Shown: in pieces, positions 38,901 to 45,339 of the stretch
Position numbering within the stretch: position 1 is the first letter of the stretch
Layout of the letters: each line of letters starts with the position of its first letter
Assembly (NCBI RefSeq): GCF_964204645.1
Contig: NC_134025.1
Coordinates: 21,303,101-21,367,100 of the forward strand
Direction of reading: 5' to 3'
DNA: 64,000 bases
DNA from: Tubulanus polymorphus
Lineage: Eukaryota > Animalia > Nemertea
Translations under genes and position numbers: made by a program
The notes under the pieces: model-generated
Told to the model about the DNA's origin: nothing
What the model saw: the letters and a program-made list of their open reading frames with translations, nothing else
Database searches by the model: none

Positions 38901-40321
38901 TTAAGAGTTAAACCTTTTTGTGAAACTGGGCCCTGGACTAATGCCGATTCAGGGTAAAAATTCCCTGGGTAAATATCCTCAAATCTTCAAAACCGGTGAA
39001 AATCCCCTCTTGGCGATTTTTCAAGAACATTTCAAAGCGAAATATATTTCTCCAATTATATTCACTTGCGATAAAATTGCAATATATTTGAAGTGTGCAA
39101 TGAATTCTTTTGTTGCAATTAATTCAAATAGATTTTTAGAATTGAATTATGTACTTTTTATTTGCAATATTTTGAAATTCCAACTGGAATATTTTTGTAC
39201 TGTGAACTCTTTTTAACTTGTGGTAATTTGAACTATTTTAAATTCTAGAGTAACATATTTGAGCTGTGCGATAACTTTAAGTATTGATTTAATATTAATG
39301 TAAACAGTTAATTTGTAGTGTTTTTTAATTCAAATTGTACAATAATTTCTACGCTCATGATATTCTTATGTTATACTGTACAATAAAATATGAATAAATT
39401 GACTTTGAAATTTTATCTATTTGCACTCCATTCAAAAGGTGGAGGATTTTTACCTACCGGGTACTTTGAAGAATCGGTGAATTTTCCCCAGGGGATTTTA
39501 ACCGCTAACCCTAATACCTTTAAATGGACGTTGATATTGCTCTCTTATAAATTGATCCCAATACACAAAACATTGCCCGTTTCCATACATAGCCGATGGA
39601 ATTGTTTGCCCTCTTCATTGTTGCGCATGTATCAGTACGTCCCAAAATGGAAGTACATGAATCTTTCATATGTTTAGTATTTCTCAAACCATATGAATTT
39701 GATCAAAACTTCATAAAGGCTATGAATTAATGGTTTCATCTTAACGATGTCCTGAATGATCTTGATTAAGTAGGTTACACTTGTTCGTCCGTGTAGTAAA
39801 TCTTGCATGGACAACTCCTAGGTCTTAAACTTTAAGTCCCACAATCGAGAAGCCAAAAAGTTGAATTATCAGTTGTGCATTTGCAATTCATTATGGAAAG
39901 ATTCAAAGATGGCTGCCTGGTGGCCATTTTGGCATCTATCTACATCATGAATACTGCGCGGACAACTCTTCTTGGGTCTTTCGTTGTATTTGGATGAAAT
40001 TTTGTGGACATAATGAGCATGAAATGTAGTTGGGCACCTATGGCTTATTTTACCAAAAAAAAACTCAGCCATTTTGGTATTTGTTTCCATTTGGACCTTT
40101 CAAACTGCATTTGCAGGGGTACTATTAGTCTGGCCAATGCAGACATTTCTAGTCTTACATTTCTTTACAATGATCCATTTATTTGTTTCTATTTTTCAGG
40201 TACGCTGTCCACTACTGGTCACTCGACGAACTTTGTATTCACTGCAGAAATACCGACAGATAAGCCGCAAGGACACTGGATAAAAAGAGGAGTTGCTTTG
40301 CTGTGTGCTCTTAATTATTAA
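73..40321 (+). CDS. DNAH1: Dynein axonemal heavy chain 1 orthologue (5'-partial gene span, 49 exons in window)
   Basis: Manually spliced GT-AG exons with all phases consistent (8505 nt, about 2834 aa plus TAA). Walker A motifs GPAGTGKT (AAA1), GPTGSGKT (AAA2), GPTGTGKT (AAA3), GMGGSGRQS (AAA4); stalk coiled coil and MTBD; C-terminus [14 protein letters not shown]. Segments such as [20 protein letters not shown] and [12 protein letters not shown] match DNAH1 as I recall it. Confidence 0.93.
1206..1369 (+). CDS. DNAH1: DNAH1 exon
   Basis: [10 protein letters not shown]...VEVHARDV...FEWISQLR. Confidence 0.92.
1625..1927 (+). CDS. DNAH1: DNAH1 exon, AAA1 Walker A
   Basis: YYW...[20 protein letters not shown]...[14 protein letters not shown]. 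Confidence 0.95.
2146..2251 (+). CDS. DNAH1: DNAH1 exon, AAA1 Walker B, variant A (mutually exclusive pair)
   Basis: 106 nt, (S)[35 protein letters not shown], ttcag| and |gtgaga. Confidence 0.93.
3943..4048 (+). CDS. DNAH1: DNAH1 exon, AAA1 Walker B, variant B (duplicated, mutually exclusive candidate)
   Basis: 106 nt, same phases as variant A, (S)[35 protein letters not shown], ttctag| and AAG|gtacaa. Confidence 0.85.
4270..4383 (+). CDS. DNAH1: DNAH1 exon, AAA1 sensor I
   Basis: ADRFIFEG...[19 protein letters not shown]. Confidence 0.95.
5330..5566 (+). CDS. DNAH1: DNAH1 exon
   Basis: [13 protein letters not shown]...[12 protein letters not shown]. Confidence 0.95.
6034..6140 (+). CDS. 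DNAH1: DNAH1 exon
   Basis: [17 protein letters not shown]...SDLFP. Confidence 0.93.
6496..6822 (+). CDS. DNAH1: DNAH1 exon, AAA2 Walker A
   Basis: [16 protein letters not shown]...[12 protein letters not shown]. Confidence 0.95.
7139..7316 (+). CDS. DNAH1: DNAH1 exon
   Basis: [25 protein letters not shown]. Confidence 0.95.
7721..7915 (+). CDS. DNAH1: DNAH1 exon
   Basis: [23 protein letters not shown]. Confidence 0.95.
8405..8524 (+). CDS. DNAH1: DNAH1 exon
   Basis: DSIKFLRK...[13 protein letters not shown]. Confidence 0.9.
8975..9121 (+). CDS. DNAH1: Candidate alternative cassette exon in DNAH1 (49 aa, Ser/Pro and acidic)
   Basis: aaag|[49 protein letters not shown]|gtaagt; phase 0-0; exon-like GC/CpG composition. 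Confidence 0.65.
9267..9311 (+). CDS. DNAH1: Candidate 45-nt cassette exon in DNAH1
   Basis: ttccgtcttacag|[15 protein letters not shown]|gtagta; phase 0-0. Confidence 0.45.
9869..9889 (+). CDS. DNAH1: Candidate 21-nt microexon in DNAH1
   Basis: ttatttctttacag|KMSMNMK|gtgtgt; phase 0-0. Confidence 0.45.
10883..10915 (+). CDS. DNAH1: Candidate 33-nt microexon in DNAH1
   Basis: tgcactaatgtcag|[11 protein letters not shown]|gtaagt; phase 0-0. Confidence 0.45.
11071..11245. mobile_element. Tc1/mariner-type MITE (TA TSD)
   Basis: TA|CAGTAGACAC...GAGTCTACTG|TA with about 25-bp imperfect TIRs. Confidence 0.75.
11948..12230. mobile_element. CACTA-like TIR element
   Basis: CACTAG..TCCCTTCTAAATTGG / CCAAATTAGAAGGGA..CTAGTG; internal AGAAC.GACCAATTTAGACT also seen near 56380; TSD uncertain. 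Confidence 0.45.
12428..12586 (+). CDS. DNAH1: DNAH1 exon
   Basis: [31 protein letters not shown]. Confidence 0.92.
12794..12966. mobile_element. Tc1/mariner-type MITE
   Basis: TA|CAGTAGAACTCACTTAATTCGGAT...ATTAAGCGAGTTCTACT; related copy at 49769-49926. Confidence 0.7.
13122..13238 (+). CDS. DNAH1: DNAH1 exon
   Basis: [14 protein letters not shown]...acidic loop. Confidence 0.9.
13330..13470 (+). CDS. DNAH1: DNAH1 exon
   Basis: VCWVNW...[10 protein letters not shown]. Confidence 0.92.
13752..13912 (+). CDS. DNAH1: DNAH1 exon, AAA3 Walker A
   Basis: [12 protein letters not shown]...[12 protein letters not shown]. Confidence 0.95.
14025..14182 (+). CDS. DNAH1: DNAH1 exon, AAA3 Walker B
   Basis: GVFGPP...FVDDLNMP...[13 protein letters not shown]. 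Confidence 0.95.
14804..14835 (+). promoter_or_regulatory. TATA box and probable initiator of the nested intronic gene
   Basis: TATAAAA at 14804-14810 and an Inr-like CCAGTA about 27 nt downstream, 65 nt before an ATG in strong context (caacATGG). Confidence 0.55.
14869..15183 (+). CDS. Intronless 104-aa helical/coiled-coil protein of unknown function, nested in a DNAH1 intron on the same strand
   Basis: ATG-initiated ORF with Kozak-like context, upstream TATA and exon-like CpG-rich codon usage; no dynein similarity; flanking dynein exons join correctly without it. Confidence 0.7.
   Translation: MDYETAVESFFEIEKRFRAACSKIIVIDEKLSRLDIQLNRAENDVHCPRSNLINRKIQISTLEGVRFVYYEYARRKAAEMNKLREICFIAEQRQQQQMSLDEDY
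15425..15782 (+). mobile_element. HINE-like (Helentron-associated) non-autonomous element
   Basis: 5' TAAGCCCCCTTGGT stem-loop, short CGTCC-type repeat, 3' inverted subterminal copy ACCAAGCAGGCTTA, small hairpin, CTAG|TT end. Confidence 0.55.
15945..16118 (+). CDS. DNAH1: DNAH1 exon
   Basis: [20 protein letters not shown]. Confidence 0.95.
16994..17172 (+). CDS. DNAH1: DNAH1 exon
   Basis: [23 protein letters not shown]. Confidence 0.95.
17842..18075 (+). CDS. DNAH1: DNAH1 exon
   Basis: [16 protein letters not shown]. Confidence 0.95.
18430..18626 (+). CDS. DNAH1: DNAH1 exon, AAA4 Walker A
   Basis: [10 protein letters not shown]...[19 protein letters not shown]. Confidence 0.95.
19199..19334 (+). 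CDS. DNAH1: DNAH1 exon
   Basis: [15 protein letters not shown]...FLFSDTQ. Confidence 0.94.
19362..20586 (+). mobile_element. HINE/DINE-1-like Helentron derivative with an internal tandem array
   Basis: Subterminal IR GCCCACTTGGGA (19370-19381) / TCCCAAGTGGGC (20554-20565), 5' stem-loop, (GTCC) microsatellite, 3' hairpin and CTAG|TT end, T-rich insertion site. Confidence 0.75.
19945..20515. repeat. About 153-bp tandem repeat, roughly 3.7 diverged units
   Basis: CACCAGGGG recurs at 20061, 20214, 20368 and 20498, each with ATCAATT..AAAGTTGTAG/TTTCAAGGTCATTGG blocks (last unit internally deleted). Confidence 0.9.
20923..21131 (+). CDS. DNAH1: DNAH1 exon
   Basis: [23 protein letters not shown]. 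Confidence 0.95.
21473..21644 (+). CDS. DNAH1: DNAH1 exon
   Basis: [25 protein letters not shown]. Confidence 0.95.
22148..22339 (+). CDS. DNAH1: DNAH1 exon
   Basis: [14 protein letters not shown]...GLDK. Confidence 0.94.
22677..22796 (+). CDS. DNAH1: DNAH1 exon, stalk CC1
   Basis: [15 protein letters not shown]. Confidence 0.92.
23061..23186 (+). CDS. DNAH1: DNAH1 exon, stalk CC1
   Basis: [17 protein letters not shown]. Confidence 0.93.
23377..23526 (+). CDS. DNAH1: DNAH1 exon, MTBD
   Basis: [29 protein letters not shown]. Confidence 0.93.
23920..24093 (+). CDS. DNAH1: DNAH1 exon, MTBD
   Basis: [10 protein letters not shown]...YDRDNI. Confidence 0.93.
24430..24708 (+). CDS. DNAH1: DNAH1 exon, MTBD/CC2
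   Basis: [15 protein letters not shown]...VAPKR. Confidence 0.94.
24819..24950 (+). CDS. DNAH1: DNAH1 exon
   Basis: [12 protein letters not shown]...[16 protein letters not shown]. Confidence 0.94.
25264..25509 (+). CDS. DNAH1: DNAH1 exon, AAA5
   Basis: WQIAGLP...[15 protein letters not shown]. Confidence 0.95.
25818..25967 (+). CDS. DNAH1: DNAH1 exon, AAA5
   Basis: [30 protein letters not shown]. Confidence 0.95.
26341..26627 (+). mobile_element. piggyBac-type MITE, copy 1
   Basis: TTAA|CCCTTTCAG...CTGAAAGGG|TTAA; inverted homologous copy at 52884-53171. Confidence 0.85.
26770..26930 (+). CDS. DNAH1: DNAH1 exon
   Basis: [25 protein letters not shown]. Confidence 0.95.
27286..27388. mobile_element. 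Short hairpin MITE (GG.CCC.GTTCCACAG family)
   Basis: GGGCCCGGTTCCACAG...GAGGAACTGGGTCC; relatives near 32237-32308 and 38827-38933. Confidence 0.55.
27499..27724 (+). CDS. DNAH1: DNAH1 exon, buttress
   Basis: [20 protein letters not shown]. Confidence 0.95.
28396..28591 (+). CDS. DNAH1: DNAH1 exon
   Basis: [12 protein letters not shown]. Confidence 0.95.
28854..29005 (+). CDS. DNAH1: DNAH1 exon
   Basis: [18 protein letters not shown]. Confidence 0.95.
29251..29367 (+). mobile_element. PIF/Harbinger-type hairpin MITE
   Basis: CAG|GTGCCAGTTGCTCAAAAG...CTTTTGAGCAACTGGCCC|CAG; 3-bp CWG target duplication. Confidence 0.75.
29514..29713 (+). CDS. DNAH1: DNAH1 exon
   Basis: [10 protein letters not shown]...NPAPDW. 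Confidence 0.93.
29947..30091 (+). CDS. DNAH1: DNAH1 exon
   Basis: [10 protein letters not shown]...FIEPQ. Confidence 0.94.
30538..30696 (+). CDS. DNAH1: DNAH1 exon, AAA6
   Basis: [12 protein letters not shown]...ISLGQGQ. Confidence 0.95.
30779..30910 (+). CDS. DNAH1: DNAH1 exon, AAA6
   Basis: [16 protein letters not shown]. Confidence 0.95.
31125..31298 (+). CDS. DNAH1: DNAH1 exon, AAA6
   Basis: [10 protein letters not shown]...[10 protein letters not shown]. Confidence 0.95.
31475..31486 (+). CDS. DNAH1: Candidate 12-nt microexon in DNAH1 (HSQR)
   Basis: ttaac..tgcatg..ttgttgacag|CACTCACAAAGG|gtaaga; phase 0-0. Confidence 0.45.
32664..32843 (+). CDS. DNAH1: DNAH1 exon
   Basis: [21 protein letters not shown]. 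Confidence 0.95.
32861..32928. repeat. Compound microsatellite (TG)10(CGTG)12
   Basis: Directly visible, starting 18 nt after an exon donor. Confidence 0.95.
32943..33401. mobile_element. Second TTAA-flanked (piggyBac-like) non-autonomous element
   Basis: TTAA|CCACTT..GTTAACT ... AGTTAAC..AAGTGG|TTAA; imperfect TIRs. Confidence 0.5.
34148..34324 (+). CDS. DNAH1: DNAH1 exon
   Basis: [14 protein letters not shown]. Confidence 0.95.
34753..34923 (+). CDS. DNAH1: DNAH1 exon
   Basis: [13 protein letters not shown]. Confidence 0.95.
35511..35641 (+). CDS. DNAH1: DNAH1 exon
   Basis: [20 protein letters not shown]. Confidence 0.95.
35963..36203 (+). CDS. DNAH1: DNAH1 exon
   Basis: ALKGLVVMS...[10 protein letters not shown]. 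Confidence 0.95.
36705..36815 (+). CDS. DNAH1: DNAH1 exon
   Basis: [23 protein letters not shown]. Confidence 0.95.
37257..37488 (+). CDS. DNAH1: DNAH1 exon
   Basis: [15 protein letters not shown]...YECPVYKT. Confidence 0.95.
37559..37726. mobile_element. Tc1/mariner-type MITE, degenerate
   Basis: CAGTGGAACCTCGTTA...TAACAAGGTTCGGCTG|TA. Confidence 0.5.
40200..40321 (+). CDS. DNAH1: DNAH1 terminal coding exon
   Basis: [12 protein letters not shown]...[15 protein letters not shown]. Confidence 0.95.
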
Positions 40322-40464
40322 TATTATTAAATTGTTGAATGTATCCTTTTAATAATTTTCTACTGCGAAAACATAGTGCAAAAATTTCCTTGTCCAATGA
40401 ACTATTACCCAGCCAAAAGTAATCTCTGCCGTCTCAATTTGGTCTGGCCAAAATGGTGTTCTCA

Positions 40465-40518
40465 AATAAAACAAAAACATCTTGGCGCTATGATTGAAAT
40501 TATCCTTTATGTAATAAA
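40465..40518 (+). terminator. Candidate DNAH1 polyadenylation signals
   Basis: AATAAA at 40465 and 40513, 140-190 nt after the stop. Confidence 0.45.
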
Positions 40519-43500
40519 AATAATGTTGTGGGAATTCAATTGACGGAAAGATAGATGGACCACAGACAGTTGAGAAGTTATTTTTGACCAGCAAGATTTG
40601 AACCAAAAACAGAAAACAAAATTCAACATCTGATAATTCACGCAGACGTCAGTGTGATATTTGGAATCGTAATCTCATAATGGCAAATAGTTCGGGAGCG
40701 TGAGGTATTTAATGTACCCTTACAAACAAAAAAGTTGTATAGCAACAAAAATACTTCACCGTGAACTTCTATTTTCTTGAATCTAGAAAACCTAGAATCT
40801 TTTATACGATATTGAATTTGAGATTAAAACTTATTCACCAAACTAATTCATTCGCGCTCAATTTTTGACATAAATCACATCGTAGATTTGAAAATGATGC
40901 TAGTGCATATTTTCCGCCTACACAGGTATTTAGCTGCTATAACCCTCCAGGAATCCCTACTTTAACCCCAAAGATCTTTGGTCCTTCCGTTTTTTTTTCC
41001 TATGAAAATTGCTCCAATCTAAGTAAGTGAATCGATCTTTGTAACCGCAGGACCTTAAGTCCAGTTGTTTTTTGCTTTCTATGAAAATTTCTCCAATTTA
41101 CGTCAGACAATCGTTGTTTGTAATTGCGCTAGACACATGTTTTTAAGCATCCAGATATTATAAGCCATGTGTTTCGTATGGCAGTGATTTCTGAAGTTTT
41201 AAACGTCAATGATTCCGTATCGATTCCAAAGCTCACGTCGCCTATATATGCGTCTGCCTACATGAGTAGCTCGTATCTTGTTTTAAATACTGTGGAGTTT
41301 TCAATTCATAAACACCTGTTTCATATCGATTTGTACATTGACCAACATGTGTAGTTGTAGAATGACATCATCATGTTCGTCAAAGAGGTACACATGGTGT
41401 GTTTTCGTTCTATTTTCACTATGCTTGTTTCAGAAGTTAATTAAATGGCCTTGTACATGCACGAGACAACCATAGAAAGCTGGGACAGGCTTCATAGACC
41501 AGCAGCAAGTTTTATATTTTTGCCAAGATAACAACATTTCTGGTCATTCTGTTTTAGAATTACACAAGATGCTTATAAAATGATGAATTTTTCAAATTTT
41601 TTCGGGGACCGTTAACCCCCTCTAAAAGGTACCGCACCTAAACCGCTCACCGCTCATGTACCTTGATGTATGTGCAACCAAGCGTAAAAGTTTTAGCCCC
41701 CCATTCTAAATTCCGGGATGACCCTCGAGTCCTGTTGAACTGGGACTTAGTCCCCGAGCGGATCGGATCAACTCTAGGATAAGCCTTACTCAGAAATGTG
41801 AAATTGGGGCCAGTTTTATTTGATTTAAACCTGCGAGATAAAATCCGCAATTATTGTATATTTGTTATTTCTAAATTCTATGAGCCCTATTCAAACATCG
41901 CTGCGTTGCCCTGCTGATTCAGTACTATATAGACCTAGTGACGACGAGCCAACGATCTGAAGTCACATCACGTATTTCTATTAACCCAAGATACAAAAAA
42001 TCGAACAAAAATGCAATCGATGTAGGCTTAAGTGAAATTGACGCGCGTTAATCGGGCCAGCCGAAGTAACGAGGACTAATTAAACGCCAATAACTAGGGT
42101 ATAAAAGAATTCCTCGTATCGAACTACCAGTACTGCTGCTAGATTTGTTGTTTTTCATTTTTCGTGAAGCTTATGGTAATGATAATCTGTCTACGACCCA
42201 CTGGCTCACATCTGACGTGTTATTATTATAGTAAGAGCCTATTGTGGTTTTTATAACATGTTCGTTCTAATTGCTATTTCCTTAACATGATTTCAACAGC
42301 ATTCTTCAGCCCTTGGTGCTGTTTCGGTTGATGGGAGATTTTTCCAGATCCCACGCAAGTAGTTTTCCAGTCGCCGCAGAAAAAAGGAAATCATATGTTT
42401 TCGCAGCGCATGATGAAAATTTTTTACCCACGTTAATTTCACATAGTTTACAAAGTTTTCGAATGTTTATCTATTGTTATAATAATTCTCGGTATCCGTC
42501 CATTGTCGAATCATCTAGATTGTGTATCGTTTGATGTGTACATATACGAAATACATATATTTTATATCGATTAGAATTTTTATTCGAGGTCTACAAGGAA
42601 CGAATGCTGTCGACGACTCGGCGACCGTAGGCAATGCCTATGTACGTATACATTATTCGTTAGAACAGTCAGCAAAAAGTGTTTTATAACAAATCACTTT
42701 GATGGTTATAGTACACAATACATTTTCGAGCGAAATTCTAGACGCAGACTTTCCGGATCAATTCGTCGGCTGTCGGTGGTGTTATTGCTTGGCAGCATAT
42801 TGACTTTTTGAATTCTGGCTTGCGTCAGCGAATTTCAGTTTTACTATATCGATTATTAGAGATGTAGCCAGGAGGGGAATCTGTGCGTGCGTTTCATTCG
42901 AGCCATATGTTCAGCGGTCTTGTTACTTCGATATATATGTATGTGTGTGTATATAGGTTTTTTTGTTTAAAAATGGGCGACACATGTATGCCCATGTATA
43001 GGACTTATAGGATGTGAGCTGTTCGCAAGACAACAGATTGTGTATTACTAGCGCATAGCGGACGTTCTGTTGTTTCCGACTCTCCCCTCAAATGTTCACA
43101 CAAACCATCAATATGATACTGTGATTTATTCCTACTGCTACTTTTAAAATGATTCCATCCATTTTTAAGTTTTCTTTTTCGGGGGAAGTCCATGAGTCGC
43201 CTTGATAGTGATTCTCCTCGGAAAAGTTTTGAAATATGACATCTTTAAGGTCTATTTGAAGGCTTTTGTCCAGTTGAACTAAATATTAGGCTTTGTAAGA
43301 GGGAATTACCTAAGAAAAAGTGAGAACAAGAATTTTAAATGGATATTTTAGAAGACATTGGAAAATTCTGGAAAAAATTGCATACGTCCCATGGATCTAC
43401 CCCCTCCATTTATTTTTGTATATCATACAGTTATATATATATGTACAATGTACACATTGAGAGATTAAGATAAATTTGAGAAATGTTCTGGTTTTTTATG

Positions 43501-44776
43501 ATTTCATGAGAGTTTATAGAATTTAAAAGAATGGAAATATATATATATATTTTGTTGAGAACTATTTGTGTTCTGTTTTTTTTTGTTGGTGTTGTTCTGG
43601 GAAGCATTCAGTAACTGGCCAGACTTGTCTCTATTCGCATCAGATGGTTCTGGTTATGAAGTGTTTTTTTAAACATAAACCATGCTCTTATCAACGGGGT
43701 CAGACACAGGAAATCAGCACACACCACAGACTGCAGTCTATCGTAGTCTGTGCCACGAACAACATAGACGATTCTTCTGGAATAATCCATTTTGATGATT
43801 TTCCCTTTACCCCTCTGCTAAGGAACGATATGAAAAATGATACGATGTCTTATGAAAGCAGCTGTCATCATCGTCAATACGGGGGCCAGCTGTTTCCTCG
43901 GCAACAGTATATCCGGGGCGGTACAACACTTGGTGACATTAAAATTGATATCGTTCTTTTTTAGGTAAAATCAATAATAAGATCATTTCCACTTGGATTT
44001 AGTTTGGTTTCATAATCCATAGAAAAAACCACATGTCCCGAGGAGCCTTGATCCGCCGATTCTGCCGGGCGATTCTTTCCTTCAGAAACCCAATGGAATA
44101 TGTAAAACTGGGTAAAATTCTATAGAAAGCCCTTCTTGGCTAAACCATGGACTCTAAAACGTTTTAAAGTCCATGGCTACATACACAATTCAGCTTAAAA
44201 ACCAGTGAATCGATATCATCGAATTCATGCGTATATCATCAGAAAAAGAAATAGTTCAATCATTGAAGCGTTATACGTTAAAGTAGTAATGTAACTGAAT
44301 GGCATGTGTTAGTTTAGGACCGGATTTTTACTTTGTAATCAATCGGTAAAATACTACAATGTATTGACTTTCCTTTGTAAGCTCTGTAGCAGTCTCTTCA
44401 TTCGATTTCTATATTTTGCACGGGAAGTGACAATTCAGATGGAACGTTTTAGAGCTTACAAATCTAACGTTACTCGCAAATATTTATCTATATAACCATG
44501 TGCGTTTTGTTTACATTTCCTACACGCGCTGATCTAGGCTTTCCGATGATTGGCTGAACTGATTTTTAGGTTAAAGGTTAAAAGCGCGTCCGCTAACAGC
44601 AGGCATTTGTTCTTCTCTTAAAAGACTAGCATTACTAAGTCTAAAATCATGTTGTCTTCAAAAATTTTATAACTGACAATCAGGATACAAAACATACAGT
44701 CAAAACTATGATTCATATCATGTTTGAAAACTGAATATCGTTGAATTAAAACAGTTTGATTTCGAGCACGCTTTGT

Positions 44777-44890
44777 GGGAATTCCAATTATCTTGAACGG
44801 CCGTCGCTGATTGGCTGATGGCGGTACCGGCAGCGATTACGTGGCTATAAAGGTTTGGTCGCGGCCGTCCCGGGTTTGACCCTCACTCGA
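44777..44890 (+). promoter_or_regulatory. Core promoter of the CREB3L gene
   Basis: CpG-rich; GGGAATTCC, inverted CCAAT box (TGATTGGCTGA 44808-44818, again at 44547), TTACGTGGC 44837-44845, TATAAAG 44846-44852; no ATG in the about 350 nt up to the start codon. Confidence 0.65.
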
Positions 44891-45234
44891 GATTAGCTCA
44901 CGCCTTTAAACACAACTCGTCACGCGAATAGTAAACATTCGTCATAAGTTCCAAGTTGGAACTTATAACGTCGAAGCCGCAATTTCTAATCGGCGAATAT
45001 CGGATTAATATTTCATCATTTCACGAAGCTCTGTGCCGTGCGCAGCGCTGTCTGATAGTGAAACGCTGCTGCGACACACTACAACAGTACAACAGCGCCG
45101 CTATCTCGTTCATTTTCTCAGCGTCGCCGTCGGGATAGACACATTTACGTATACGGGGTGGATTACAGCCGCCGCCACCGCATTTCTGGACTTCTCGGCC
45201 CCGACCCCCTATTCGGAATAACGGACTAACGACG

Positions 45235-45339
45235 ATGGATTTCTACGGTACGGATAGAAAGCTTTCCGAGCTCGGCGAGAGCGATTTCAACGACCTACTC
45301 GACCACGATATGTTCGACGGCACATTCGGTGCACTACCG
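45235..45339 (+). CDS. CREB3L1: CREB3L exon 1
   Basis: [23 protein letters not shown]...|gtaagt. Confidence 0.85.

Noticed and set aside
39740-40152. Third HINE-like element before the last dynein exon (also 3'-end fragments near 50410-50445 and 62900-62945)
   Set aside because: A 3' hairpin, CTAG and an AAGATGGC motif are present, but the 5' boundary and subterminal IR could not be defined.
565-40606. Many minus-strand and off-frame ORFs in the supplied track
   Set aside because: Shadows of dynein exons or random AT-rich intronic ORFs, mostly with non-ATG starts and no recognisable domains.
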